Source: Phallusia mammillata (taxonomy: Eukaryota). Taken from it: 64,000 bases of DNA. The notes under the pieces were generated by a model, which was not told the origin of the DNA, ran no database searches, and was given only the letters and a program-made list of their open reading frames with translations. Both the position numbers and the translations under genes were made by a program. Location: the NCBI GenBank assembly GCA_965637545.1, contig OZ281497.1, forward strand, positions 10,106,001 through 10,170,000, read 5' to 3'. Each line of letters opens with the position of its first letter. Positions within the stretch are counted from its first letter, which is position 1. Shown here piece after piece: positions 51,901 to 64,000 of this stretch.

Positions 51901-54900
51901 AACAAAACTTTATGAAGCCTCTTAAAAAAATCGTAGGACCATAACAAATAAGTTTGTGTCGCTTTTAAGTAAATTGAAGGCATTATCGCAATGATCAAAA
52001 ATGCTCACATTTAATTTGGTTTAAATTTCAATGTATGGCTTAATCAAGGCGAAAAAAATGCTTTGTACACAACACAAGATATCGCCTGTAAAAAACGAAC
52101 AAATTCACGCAAACCAAACATGGAAACAATCCGGTGTACGAAGAATAAGTAAAAACATTATGTTTCAGTAGGGAATCCATAATCATATTGCAATCGCAGT
52201 TTACTGATATTCGATTTTTCGTGACAGTTTACTAAATATTTGCCATCTGTTACACATAACACAGAAGGTCCCATGGCGTCTCAAGCGTGAACAACAGCAA
52301 AATCAGGTAAGGGAAACCCACTTTTTCAACTGCTTTGTGTTCCATTTCTCGCCCATGTAATAAGATTAAGAGCAGTTTTAGCGACGTGTGTCTGACTGCA
52401 GTATGGACGACGTTGAGTGTTTGGAAAACGACTAATTAAGATCGTGTTATCGTATACGAGGTCGATGCTGTGACTGTAAACACAGCTGGAGAATTTCACA
52501 GTGACCCACCAAACAGTTTCCATCAACAAACTGGGTTTAAACTAAAAGCTCGAAAGACGCTTGACAACCACAAAGTTAAAACTTTGGGATTTATTTAGTA
52601 CAATTAGGGCTGTTTGAAACGAGAAGTCGGGAATCAGATGTATTTCGAACATTACACAATACAACTGTTACAATTCACACAACTTGAGCATTATCAACAT
52701 CTTCAAACAGTGCACGCATTTCTTATTTGTGTTAAAGTACTAATTTTGTTTATGCATAACATTTTCCACTTAAGAACAAAGCTTATTTGTTTTGGCATTC
52801 ACAACATTTTTGTTTCATCACCCCTAACTTGCTTTGAATTTTGTTTTACACGAGAATGAAAGAAGAAGATGCCCTCATAACGTGTTACAAGTACGTCGTT
52901 ACAATCTCCAATATTTGTCATAACCTTTTGAAACACAAGCAGGCCATTATCGATATGTACAAAGTACCGGTATACACACCTAACAATAAAGTTTGTGGTC
53001 GTACTTCCAACATAAGTTGTCTGGCGTGTTGGAGAATGACGCACAGGCTGAAGAGGAATGTAACTTGAAACATCTGACTATTTATCAGCGTTCTGGGAAA
53101 GAGTGACTAAACCCAAACAGTAAAGGAAACCAACAGAACCACTTTTTCCAAAGGCAAAATCCTTCCCAAGCAAAACATGTTGATCAAAGAATACAACGTG
53201 GTGTCATAAAACTGATCTAAAACAGTTTTAAAATCGAACTTTCAATTTTTATTTCGAGTGACGACGGCAGTCTCAAGGGCACTTGTGGTCGAATCTGGCG
53301 GCCCAGTTTTGTTGACGGCTCTTAATATCAGCCGGATATTCCCTTCACTTACCCGCTGCGATAAGACAACAGCGGCGTCAGTTCTCGAGTTCAAATTCAA
53401 TTTTGAAGCCAGGACACTTTCGCCTGTGCCGGCTTTGTTATCACCTCTGATAGCGTGACAGCCCTCCATCGGCTTGGCCACGCTGAATTTCACTTGTGTG
53501 GGGCGCAGTGCGGATTGTGGGGGTCAACCGGGCCCTTGAAAACTGATACAAGTGCAACAGAAAAGCCACGAACGTCGCCCCGCCTAATGGGAAGGGCAAG
53601 CGTGAAAGGCAGCTGACAGAACTGGCTGACTGTAATGGAAGACGTGAACTTGCATCAGGGAAAACAAACTTTCTGCTTGGGGTAAAACACATATGCGATA
53701 TTCAGGTGTCGATCACAGACATAAAATCTCGATCAAAGCCGCCTATTTTACTGCGGCAAGGTAAGATCTTGCCGAGATCGCGTCACTTACAAGATACGAT
53801 CGCATATCACGACAAGATATGATCAATGTCGAAGGATGCCAAGAGGGGTCATCACAAAAACTACACCAGCGGTAAAACATGCAGAGTATAAAAAGCACCA
53901 TTGAGTGAGATAAGGATGTTATTTCTCCACAACCGGGACAAAATGGGGAAAACTATGCCCGACTTGAGCATCGCTATTTTATACTTTTGTGTATCAAACA
54001 AACGTAACTTGCACACAACGGATAACCAAAGAGGGAATAACTAATGAAATGTCACTTCGTTATTTAAGTTGGGTGACCTTGTGCCCAGCAGAAGGCGGGT
54101 GTTTTAGTTTAGGCGTTTTTCGACATTCTGTAGTAGGTTTATCACGCTGTATACACACGCACACAAACAAAGACTAAAAATAATACAGTGACCCCGTTAA
54201 GGGGATAGAAACCCGCGCTGCACTCGTGTGAGTTGCCTTCGTAAATATTTGCCAAAGCGCCGAGCTGGCGTAGTCGGGCGCAAACAGAGATTTATAATGG
54301 TGGCGTCGACAAGGTAAACAACGCAGCTGCAACGAGATTCACTGCCTCGCAGCATTTACGAGCATATTACCGGAAGACCTTATTTCCATCACTTTGGCAG
54401 CGGGTTTTGTAAAATTTTACTCCGGAAATGTCTTGTTTGGTTGTAAACTCCAACTTGGAACTCGAGAATATTAACAAACATCATAAAAACCCCGTGTTTA
54501 AAATGATTCATTGAGTTTACGTTGCTGAAGAGCTTCACTAGCACACGTAAATCAACAAAATAACCAACAAAGAGAAGTATGTGTGCAACGTGTGTTTGTA
54601 AACTCAGGAGTGCAGTCTGTACAAACAATGTTACAGTTTTTGAAAAACTTCAGTCATTAACTGACTTGGACAACTGGAGACTTCTTAAATCAGAAAAAGG
54701 TTGATGAATCAACTGTTGTGATTCACAGTCAAAAGTGTAACTGTTTTGGTAACAACGTTTTCTGCAATGTATGAAGCGTTTTCCAGGTCTTGTTAAGTGT
54801 CTAATATATCTAACACAGGTTGAAAGCCCACAATAGCTGACCTTACAACTATGAGAGGTTGGTAAATATTTTCACGTTTGCTTTGCAATTAATTTTAAAG

Positions 54901-56498
54901 ATAGAGCATCGATCGTGGAGGTCGTATTCTGTGTTCAATATACGCCAACAGTCTTTTTTTCCCATTCAACAGTACACAAGGCTAAAGAATATTACATAAA
55001 ATGGGTGATGGCGGGGAGAAGTTAAACGTCCACGCAGATGGGATTTGATAACCCTGGAGCTACGACATGACTCATCACATAACACACCCACACTCGCATT
55101 CGAGATTGTTGATTCACAGCCTTTGCTTTTGGTAGGGGAATAGTCAAGCATAAAAGTCATAGCACCCAATGCACTCTAAGGACAAATTGGTGCATTCTGA
55201 TCGTGGTCCAATGCCGATAAGACGAAACTACAGCCCTATTATGCTAGTTGCACCAAACTACATTGTTTAGTCTCCTTTCTCCCCGAGAACACGACAAAAA
55301 CTCCCAAGGTGAGTATCCTACTTTGTGGTACGGACTGGTGGTTTCAGGAGGTTCAAGCGGTTCGGGTGCAATTACCGGCCAACGGCATCGCATCTCGGGT
55401 AACTTCACCTGGGCACTGTCGCAATGCTTTCACGTTGGCCGAGATTTGACGCACGGCCAAGTGTGTTGGCCGCGAGCGATCAAGACAAATTTCACTTCCG
55501 CTCTTAGATAATTTGTCGGGAATGTTTTTGATATCGGTTCAACGTGAGGCGAATTTGGAGGCTTTTGACATGTTATGTCTACACTTGGAGGGAGCGGCTA
55601 AGAGAAAGTCGCACATTCGTCTGTAGCCTGTTTTATTTCTTGCAAAACAAATACACAAAACCAGAAAACATGGGAGTAAAAGTGCCACATTGAAGCTGTT
55701 AACCAACAAACATCTTTTGCGCCAACTTCCTTGTTTTTTTTCACAACTTTTATATTTTCAATCACAGACTTCAAGCACATCCGATAAAGTTGAACGACCA
55801 AAGAATCAAAATACCACGAACGGGTGCATATGGTCAACTAAACGCATGTCAAGAATGCAAAGGCTTAAGGGCCCCCTAAACTTAGCTGGATATTGCAAAA
55901 GCGCTGTGTTTGCCAAAAACAGCCCGAAATTGCAGCCAAACCAAAAAGAAAAGTCACTTGAGTACCTCCGGGGTGGCTAGACAAGGACACGCCAAATTCC
56001 GTGAAATCAAAAACGCTGGCACGTCGTCGAAGGGTAACCGGATCGAACCGGGTGATGCAAGTTTGCTGGGCGGTGTTTTCGGCGCAAACAAGGTGCTAGG
56101 GCTCAGCAATAGGGGATGAAAGGGTGAAGGGCTTTGAGGCGGACCTTTGGTGGAGTTATGGCGAAGTGCAACAACCATAACAGGAAACTTAGACGTGAGG
56201 TTGGCGGTTCTGGCATGCCGATGTCACGCCAAGGATTTGTGTGGCAGCGTCAAATGATGGTCGAGCGGACTGTGCCAGGTACGGCTGGACGATCTAACCG
56301 CCGTTTGTCTGTAAGTCCATGAATGAACGGGTAATTGATAGTGGAAGGTAGCCATTATCAGCCCACAGACTAAGATGGGTGCTTTGACATATTGGCATGA
56401 AGTAATTGTTTGTAATTTCGCGGTTAACACGCACATTATATACACATACAAATTTGCGTTGGTTGTAAAGCACATATCTATGAAAGCTCTTATTGGGA

Positions 56499-56534
<36 letters not shown>

Positions 56535-57965
56535 CATAAATTCAGTTTCGGACAAACCATTTCTTAGGTAAAGATTGTACAGCAATGTTTTGTTGTATCG
56601 ACGAAACGTTTTTAAACGAACTTTACATTTGTACTGATGATGTAATCAATTTCGAAAGAAACCTCTGCGTGTGATAAATCGTGGGTCGTTCGAAGTTTGT
56701 CCAACACCTCTCTAGTTTCTACAACAGGTCTAAACTGATCACCAGCGGTGAAAGGGTTTATTGCAGTTCGCTTTTGTCCGTCTTTTCCCCTACATCCATC
56801 ATCACGGGCAATTAGGAACAAAAGTAAGACCAACGCGGGCGAAATTCGTCGCCGCACAGCGATAAAGGTGAGCTTTGTGCTCGCACAAAAGGTGACTTAA
56901 AAGGTGATTGTAAGGCTGAAAGTGGTGGCAGGGGGGACGTCCTTCTAAACACGAAAGGCAAGAAGACTCCCGCACGGTCGCTTGCCCATGGAGACATGGG
57001 TCAAATGCCGATTTAGGAAGGAAGTGATTGGCAATGAATCGCGACCATTTGACGCAATTAAGTTTTCACTTTAATAGATGCAGAGTGCATAGAACAATAA
57101 CTTGTAGTAATGGTTACACATATTAATAGGTCACCATAGATATCCACAACAATTGACAAAGTTATTTTAACAAAAAAAAAGGCTGTATAGTTTTTGTGAA
57201 AACATAATGCATCTTTTTATGTAAATTCGGTAACATATGCAACAATAGTGTACAAATATACATACGATTTACCAAAATAACAAAATAGTTGCTTCTGGAA
57301 AAAAAATCAACTTGCGTTTAAATCTCAACAGAAGTTGTGTGGATTTATTTTACTATCCAAAATACAAAGCAGTTTTTTACACCTAAACAAAAGCCACTCT
57401 TACCATCAACTTTAGCTGATTTGTTGCTGAACATGTGCTCCACCAAAGAACACTTACGCTCCACTTGGATCTCAAAATCCAGATTGCTTTGCGTAATGAG
57501 GTTGGCTTCCACTTCATTCGTGCAGCAGCTATATTCCCGTGGGCACATCTGCAATGCTTGGCCTAAAAATAATTGACCCAATGAAATATATATACATCAG
57601 TCAATATACATTTGAACCATAGTGATTGAGCATACAATGTTGTGTGCATGAATGCCTGAGGGACATAATGTGTAGAATGTTTGCAATGTTTCACCAAAGA
57701 ATACCAAAATACATTTTTTTTTAATTTTTCGTTGTATATGGCGTAATTACTTTGTAAAAATGTATTTTATCCAGCCAAAAAATGAGTCAAAAATACCATT
57801 AACAGCAGTATGAGGTATAGGTTGCTTTAATCCGGAAAGCTGCAGTGCTCTTCGAGTTTCTGTGCATGGGTCTGTTGCACGTAGTCCTCTTCTGTTAGTT
57901 TTTAAAGCTGTGGCAATTGCTGCCAGTGATAGTCCCACAAGCACAAGCCTAGTTGTGAAATGCAT
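36932..57965 (-). CDS. GPC: Glypican, GPC1/2/4/6 (Dally-like) subfamily, ~656 aa; complement join(57965..57797,57562..57404,46018..45886,45669..45486,45192..45112,43812..43647,40441..40311,39620..39339,39046..38922,38665..38474,37955..37801,37491..37419,37052..36932)
   Basis: Signal peptide (MHFTTRLVLVGLSLAAIATA); conserved Cys pattern (DPCTETR; QMCPREYSCCTNEVE; ECTKAFMKMSYCSKCQGITSIKPCHGLCLNIMKGC; LCG; AVCND..SCWNG); DAMQLILDRLEG..NIESVLDP; HS sites SSGDYSGSGEG in acidic context; GPI-type hydrophobic tail (GGTNLSTTWSLMALTVIACWLLQK*). Thirteen exons, phases consistent, 1971 nt. A second in-frame ATG lies at 57992. Confidence 0.95.
44777..44997. mobile_element. Degenerate Buster-type MITE in glypican intron 5
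   Basis: Decayed TIRs AAGTGGTTCTTAAAC / GGTTTTAGAACCACTG; TSD no longer recognisable. Confidence 0.45.
56501..56530. repeat. (AC)15 microsatellite
   Basis: Uninterrupted AC run. Confidence 0.98.
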
Positions 57966-58780
57966 AGTCCTGCTGATGCAGTTTAGCACCATGATTGTGT
58001 AAGTTTATATTTTTGCACACCCTTGGCAGGTGACAGCTTCTTCGGGAACTTGTTGTGAGTTTTAGTGTGAGGTGTGAGCTTTTCTGTAGCTTCACAACAA
58101 AAATAATTGTGGTACTCCAAACAAAAGATACTCTTGCAACAAAAAAATCAAAAACCTTCCAATACAAAAAAATAAACTTATTTACACAACAAAAACAGGT
58201 GACCTGTAAATCAAATAAAATTAAAAAAGGAAACATCCACTTCAAACTTACAGAAATAAAAAGCACTAAACAAAAAGCATTTTTTTAAATGCACAAAACA
58301 TTGTCAAACTCTACAAACATGCTTTATGCATATTGCATTGAAAGGAACAAATATATGTAGAGAACTAATTCAAAACATATTATTGTTAACATCACAGTTT
58401 ATCATTCTTAAAACACGTACTATGATCAGAAACATTACATCATGCAATGACTTTTACTTTCCCTGAAATCACTTTTTCTGTCACAAAACGTATTCAGAAC
58501 AATAACTTGCCATTACTGAACTTTACTTTGTACAAGTCTAATGTGTTTGTGTAGTTTGAATGTGTAAGTGAGCTGTGAGTGTGATTTGTCTTCATCTGCT
58601 GCTGTAATCCTTGAAATCACAGTTCCAAACTAAATCTAACTAAACACAACGGGTATATAACACGCTATTGTCTATTGTTTTCTGTTTGAAGTAGGAAACC
58701 ATATTCTATTTTGCAAAAGCTGCAAAAGCGAAATAAAACAAACAATACATAATAAACAGGAAAGCCTTTAGTCTCCTTAC

Positions 58781-58920
58781 ATACAGCAACGAACAAACAC
58801 GCTATCGCTATCGCTGAGTTACGAAGCCGGCAAACGAGACAACGAGTTTCAAAGACGCAAAGACTGCGCGAGAAGGCTGCGAAAAACGACTTCCTAACCT
58901 TTTTCTCGCACGTGTTCACG
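58781..58920 (-). other. Putative non-coding first exon / TSS region of glypican
   Basis: CpG-rich segment ending in a donor TAT|GTAAGG at 58780; a strong acceptor (T-rich tract, TTTACAG|) at 58204 opens the first coding exon. The intermediate UTR structure is unresolved. Confidence 0.4.
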
Positions 58921-60291
58921 CAACCAAAACGGAAAGCAGATTTTTACATTTTAAAGTTAAAGCTAAAACAAATGCTATTATTGTACTATTACTCTTCAAG
59001 TCTCTTCTACATAGTAAACTAAAATTATGAACATCGATTCACAAAAGATAAATAGCGAACTTTAAAATCGTGCAAGTTGTTTGCTATTCCTCTCAAGGTC
59101 TAGCCTGCGTATTTTGTTTTGCAGAGGTTGAGGAAGAAAATACTCTCGAAAAGACCATGTAAAAAGTTATTTTGGGGGAGTAGAGTTTTTTTTGTAGGTT
59201 ATGTTTTTATAGATACCACATAATATAGCCTACAAAGCATATATTACCTCATTTAACTTTGTCCTCGTGGTATGATACGATTTGTTTATATCTGTCGAAC
59301 GCGAAGGTATAAAATGTTGACTTTTATGACATATTGGTGATATTTTAAAAATATTGCCCGTAATGTGTCAATAGGGTAATAAATTAAAATGGGTCGCTTA
59401 TCAAAACGTCTCTTATGTAAACTCAACTGCACATATCCTTAGTGTCGTCTTTGCAATTTGAGCGAGGTTAGCGAATTTTTAATGATGTCGTAAAATTGTT
59501 TGGCCTACGTCATACTTTGTACAACGGCACAGGGAGACTTCCTTTTATAGCGCTGGCAAACCGGTTGATTTCACTTCATATGTCAACGAATAGAAAACAA
59601 GCAAAATACAAGCCAACTTTTGTGATGAGTAAAATCACTTCTACATGTCCTTTATAGTTTATACATACGTGTTCCCCAATTAGCTACAGCGAAACCATTT
59701 TAATAAAAAGTGACGCTTGCAAAAACATTTTTCTTGTTACGTAAAAAAATCACATTTAAACTACAATAACCATTATACCACAACAACGTCACTATAAACG
59801 TAAGTCATATCTAAATATGTCCTCGTAAGTGCTTTATTAACTTTGATACCAAGGTACGCTTTGGGGAGTTTACCAATTGGTCTTGAACAAGATGTTGCAG
59901 GGCTGTTTGACTAGGTCAGGTCCATATTGACACCGAGTACAAAGTCATGCCCAAATCAAGGCCGTTTTTTGAAGAAACGCAAGCCCGAAGCAGACTTATA
60001 ACTCTGGTTCGAATTAGGAAACACTTATAAAGTATGGAGAGCGTTCGGTTAGGATGCATTTTTCATTTGCGAATTGATGGTTTTAAGGCACAGCGACTAT
60101 AAACTATCTGTGTCAAAGATGTCTCCTTCAGGAACGCACGTCAAATGGCCTACTAGCCTGCTATATAATCATTACATTTTCAGGCACACATCAGTTTCCG
60201 TTTTTCACCAACAGACAACCTAATTTTCCCATGCAGGCCAGTCGGCCTATGTATTCAAAAATAAAGTAATGAAGCAGAAGCGGGACATAAA

Positions 60292-60327
60292 TTTATTAAA
60301 CACACAAACAACAGAGAAAGCTTTATT
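60292..60327 (-). terminator. Polyadenylation signals of IMMT
   Basis: AATAAA on the minus strand at 60327..60322 (overlapping the TAA stop) and at 60297..60292. Confidence 0.55.
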
Positions 60328-63300
60328 TCTCGAGTTGAGCACCAATCACCAGTCCCTTAGATACAGTTGCTAAGGCTTCGACGGCTTGTCTTGTTTCCAA
60401 CAGCAACCTTGCCTCTTTCAACCAACCTTCGACGACCTGTGCAGGAAGTACAGAGACATTAAAGTGTGGGTGTTTATATCAAAATTAACACTACTTTGTT
60501 TCTAATCGGCAACACCAAAACACATTGGTCTGGCTTAAAATACGGATTCCAACGGGGTCTATAGATGCACAATGAACGTTTTTTGACAGAGACCCTTCGT
60601 AGGAAAAATATAATAAGGTGCTAAACTTAGTTTGCCGGTCCTCCGTTTGGACACCAGTTATGTCTAGATGAGCCCTTGTTTGTATCAAAAATTAATGAAC
60701 CAAAATCATATATTCGACAATCAGTAGCATTAGTAACTGGCTTCGAAATTTGGGAGACGCTTAAAGAAAATATGGAGAAGTTACCATTAACAGCGATTTG
60801 GCACTGGAAAAGTGTTCTGAGGTCCTCGCAACGCAGTTTTGGACTCATTTACAGTTTTGCTAAATTAAAACTTGTTTAACATTGAAATATTCGTACCCTT
60901 CTTGGTTCTCCTGTAAGTTGATTCACAAATCTTGCAGCTTGTTCCAGGTTTCCATGATCCAGGCAGTAATTTGAATAGGAAATGATTGTAAAGACGTCGA
61001 GCGCTGATTGGTCGATCTCGGTGGGTGGGGCAAGTTGAGCGCTGGACACCGTTAATAAAGACTGGAAAGACAACACAAAGATTAAGGTAAGACTTTTAGA
61101 CTTTTATTACAAAAACTAGTATGTAAGTATGTAATTTCGTACACATTGGGCAGATAAGTGACGGAAATACCAAATTTTCCCTTTTTCGATGTTATAATCT
61201 TCAAAACAAGTTTCCTAACGAGATTGCGAACCACAAAGGGCCTTTATGTCGAAAATTAAACATAAAAGTTAAAAACCTTGTGTTGAGGGGCCAAGTGCAA
61301 AAGAGGTGACAAAAAGACCAGTTTATATTTCAAAAACCAGTCAACACAAAATGTAAAACAATTCAAGTTGAAATCACCAACCTTTAAATACGACAAAAAG
61401 TAAACGAAAAGCGAATTGCGATTCTGATCCACCAGCGACACCCTGCGGCAGATTTTTCCAATTCGTCGAAAGGAAGCTCGCAATATTTCCTCAGTGTAAA
61501 CTCCTCTCTCTACCGCCTCCGTGGGAACAGCGGCAGAAAACACATTCAAAGCGTTGTTGTCGTCATAAACCTAAACACATAAGCAGTATTAAAACTAGCA
61601 GTAAGATTAGCCATTAACTGTAAAACAAGGTATTAATTGCTATTATACAGAAGGAAAAAACGTAGTTTGGACAGCATTCGAAATTTGGATTTGGTAGGGT
61701 ATTTCTTTGCGAGAAGAAGTTATATTAACCTTTTTACATTAATCATGTATTGCTAAAGTTGCAATCTAAAGCAGCGCTCTTCAACCTTTTTAGTGGCAGG
61801 GAACCCTTAAAGGTATTTTGTCAAACTTTGCCGAACCCCCATAAAATAATTTTAATAAATGTAATACAAGTAGGCTACATCAAAGAAAAAAGATGCATTT
61901 TACTTCACATCCGAAGCACATCACAAAGGTTGACTTCAATTAAACGATTCACTAAAACGCATTGCCATGTTATTTGGATCGGTCGTTTCTACATTAATCT
62001 CGCAACTTAGCTAGAGTGTAACAAGGTTGTATTTATTACGTCACAATTGATCAATGGTGTAACAAAGCTTAACTAGAAGGTATAGGACCTATATACTATA
62101 GGCGAGCATTGCTGTTCGAAACAATGATATTATGAATCATTCGTGTTTGAATTGCTACACCAAACCGCTGCGAACCACCCAACCCTTAAAGTTCACGGAA
62201 CCCCTGAAAGGGTTGTGCGGAACCCTGGTTGAAGAGCTCTGATCTAAAGCTTAATCGAACAAACTGTTGAAAACTAAAAATCTACAGAAATTTGTAGGAA
62301 TAAAAACCTTTTATCTGATCATGTTTTTTCTGATATTATTACGCATGCTGCCAAAGCAATGTAAAACCTACCTTTTTAACAGTTTTTAGTTCAGTTGCCA
62401 AGGGAACGGGCTTTCCTTTGTCACCATACTTGATAGTATGAAGCAAAGCGTCACAAGCTAGGGACAGTTCTTGAGCTTTTCTTGTTACATTTTCCACATG
62501 TGCTCTGCCTGCAAAAAATGTATCCCTTTGCAAAATCGAATATCAAATACGCATTATCAAGGTCTAACGTGACAAATTGTGTTGATTAGGGTTTGTATAA
62601 TAGATTGCAGCGCGTTCGTAAAGTGCTTACACAATAAATAGAACACTTTGGAATTGGTGGAGTGGCCATTACAACTATCGGGTCCAACAATGCCAAATAC
62701 ATAGCCCATATCTGTCACATACAAACGTTTTAACAAAATCGGCCAGACATAAAAAATCCAAAAAAGTAAAGCGTCTACTCTTTAAAAAAACCTAAAATAA
62801 GTTCGCCACATGAATGTAAAATCTTACAAAAACGTTTCATGTGGTAAAAATACTGGACAAAAAAAAACAATAAACAAAATCCGTTTGAGGAAAGAATTAG
62901 GACAGTTTTTGCAAAATTATGAGTTATTTTGGTTTTGTAACAAATCAATTTCTTACCATCGACTGCTTGTTCGATTCCCCTCACACGAGCAATCGCCATC
63001 TCCAACTCCAACTGATGTTTATCAATTATCGATGCAGTTTTGGCCTCATTTGCTGCTCGTTCTGCCTCCATCATAACAAGAAACTCTGATTTTTGCTCTT
63101 CCATCCTGTTATATACAGAACTTGATAAAATAGTCATTTCTATCAAATGCTGTCATCTTTAAGAGCGGTTTTCTAGCATGTAGTTTCTCTAGCATGTAGA
63201 CCACAAAGATCCTGAGTTGACACAAAAATATTGAAATTTAAACGTTGTTGAATGCATTTTGTGAATTTCTATGCATTTATTTTAAGGGACGTATCAAATT

Positions 63301-63585
63301 TAAAAAACAACTTACTTTAACACATTTACAAAGCTTACAAAGCAACTATTTGTGTAGTTTGGAAATGTCACAGCTTGAGGAAAAGGCGTTTGTAGTTTGT
63401 ACGTTTTGTCTGCAAGAATAATTTAGGAAAAGTACATACGTTGTTTCCATCAATTTCTCGTATTTTTCGGCGGCTTGTCTTTCCATGTACGACAATGCTT
63501 CAGACATGTGTTCCACATGAGCGGACGCCTGACGTTTCAACTGACGTCTGATGTCGTCATCGTGCGTACGTTGTAATTCCGTCAC
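60323..63585 (-). CDS. IMMT: MICOS complex subunit MIC60/mitofilin, 3' part only (299 aa; 5' exons beyond the window); complement join(63585..63440,63105..62957,62508..62372,61570..61382,61061..60897,60436..60323)
   Basis: IRRQLKRQASAHVEH, AIARVRGIEQAV, RKAQELSLACDAL, RGVYTEEILRASF..RRVSLVDQNRNSLFVYFLSYL, mitofilin motif YCLDHGNLEQAARFVNQLTGEPRRVVEGWLKEARLLLETRQAVE. GT-AG introns, phases 2,1,0,0,0, 900 nt. Confidence 0.96.
61772..62241. mobile_element. hAT (Buster-type) MITE, 470 bp, in an IMMT intron
   Basis: TIR CAGCGCTCTTCAACC / GGTTGAAGAGCTCTG; perfect TSD ATCTAAAG (61764..61771, 62242..62249); subterminal GAACCC repeats. Confidence 0.94.
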
Positions 63586-64000
63586 CTGTGTTACGAATTT
63601 CATGTTGGTTACCTGATATGCTTTCTACTGGTCCAGGTACGAATCCAATACTGGATTCATGCAGAAACTAAGGGATTGTGGCCAGGTTTAGTTTTTTTGT
63701 TTAAAATCCAAAACAATGCTCTTAACTGACCAAATTGTTTTCGTCACTTAAATGCAATGCTTCAAACGAATAATTAGGTTAGTCTCCTTTTTATTTTTAC
63801 AAAAGTAACCAATTCTTATTACAGTTTGTTACATCGATATCACCAGACAATGGCAAACTATGTGTAAGATCTCATGCATTTTCTTTCAGTTACTCCAGAA
63901 TTGCGTTTTTTTCTGTAGAACTTATGAACTGCAATACAAAAATTATTTTGTGCATATTTAATTAAATAAAAATTAGGTATTTTTTTATTTTCTCTAACCC

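Noticed and set aside
56612-56857. ORF with a signal-peptide-like start (RRRISPALVLLLFLIA) as an alternative glypican first exon
   Set aside because: It begins at GTG with no in-frame ATG after the upstream TAA, has no convincing phase-1 donor to join exon 3, and shows no glypican similarity.
63586-63670. Extra IMMT exon ending at CAG|GTAACC (63612)
   Set aside because: It would need a 27-nt intron, and the translation does not resemble MIC60.
1-64000. CRISPR arrays, rRNA, tRNA, SL-RNA or autonomous transposase genes
   Set aside because: No repeat-spacer array, no tRNA cloverleaf with A/B boxes, no SL leader match and no long transposase or reverse-transcriptase ORF seen by eye.

Overview
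AT-rich eukaryotic DNA with spliced genes and no prokaryotic features. It is probably an invertebrate chordate (ascidian-like); this is inferred from compact GT-AG introns, chordate-type genes, abundant TGACGTCA and a CpG mosaic. I rebuilt five genes by hand from splice sites and reading-frame phase: complexin (+, 3 exons), an SLC10 Na+/bile-acid-family transporter (-, 5 exons), TFIIIC subunit GTF3C2/TFIIIC110 (+, 10 exons, head-to-head with SLC10), a GPC1/2/4/6-type glypican (-, 13 exons, 11.4-kb intron 2) and the 3' six exons of IMMT/MIC60 (-). The first ~14 kb holds no recognisable gene. At least eight non-autonomous hAT-type elements with TIRs and 8-bp TSDs lie in introns or intergenic DNA. 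The best candidate for novelty is the GTF3C2 model: it starts with a C2HC+C2H2 zinc-finger pair spaced like those of ZNF512/ZNF512B, spliced in frame to the TFIIIC110 WD40 core. That suggests a fused Pol III factor / sequence-specific chromatin factor, possibly ancestral to two separate vertebrate genes. Other oddities: a CaaX box displaced two residues from the complexin C-terminus, a ~100-aa acidic/polybasic insert in the glypican convertase loop, and inverted repeat copies inside the GTF3C2 pre-mRNA. No database search was run; homology statements rest on motif recognition and recalled reference sequences.
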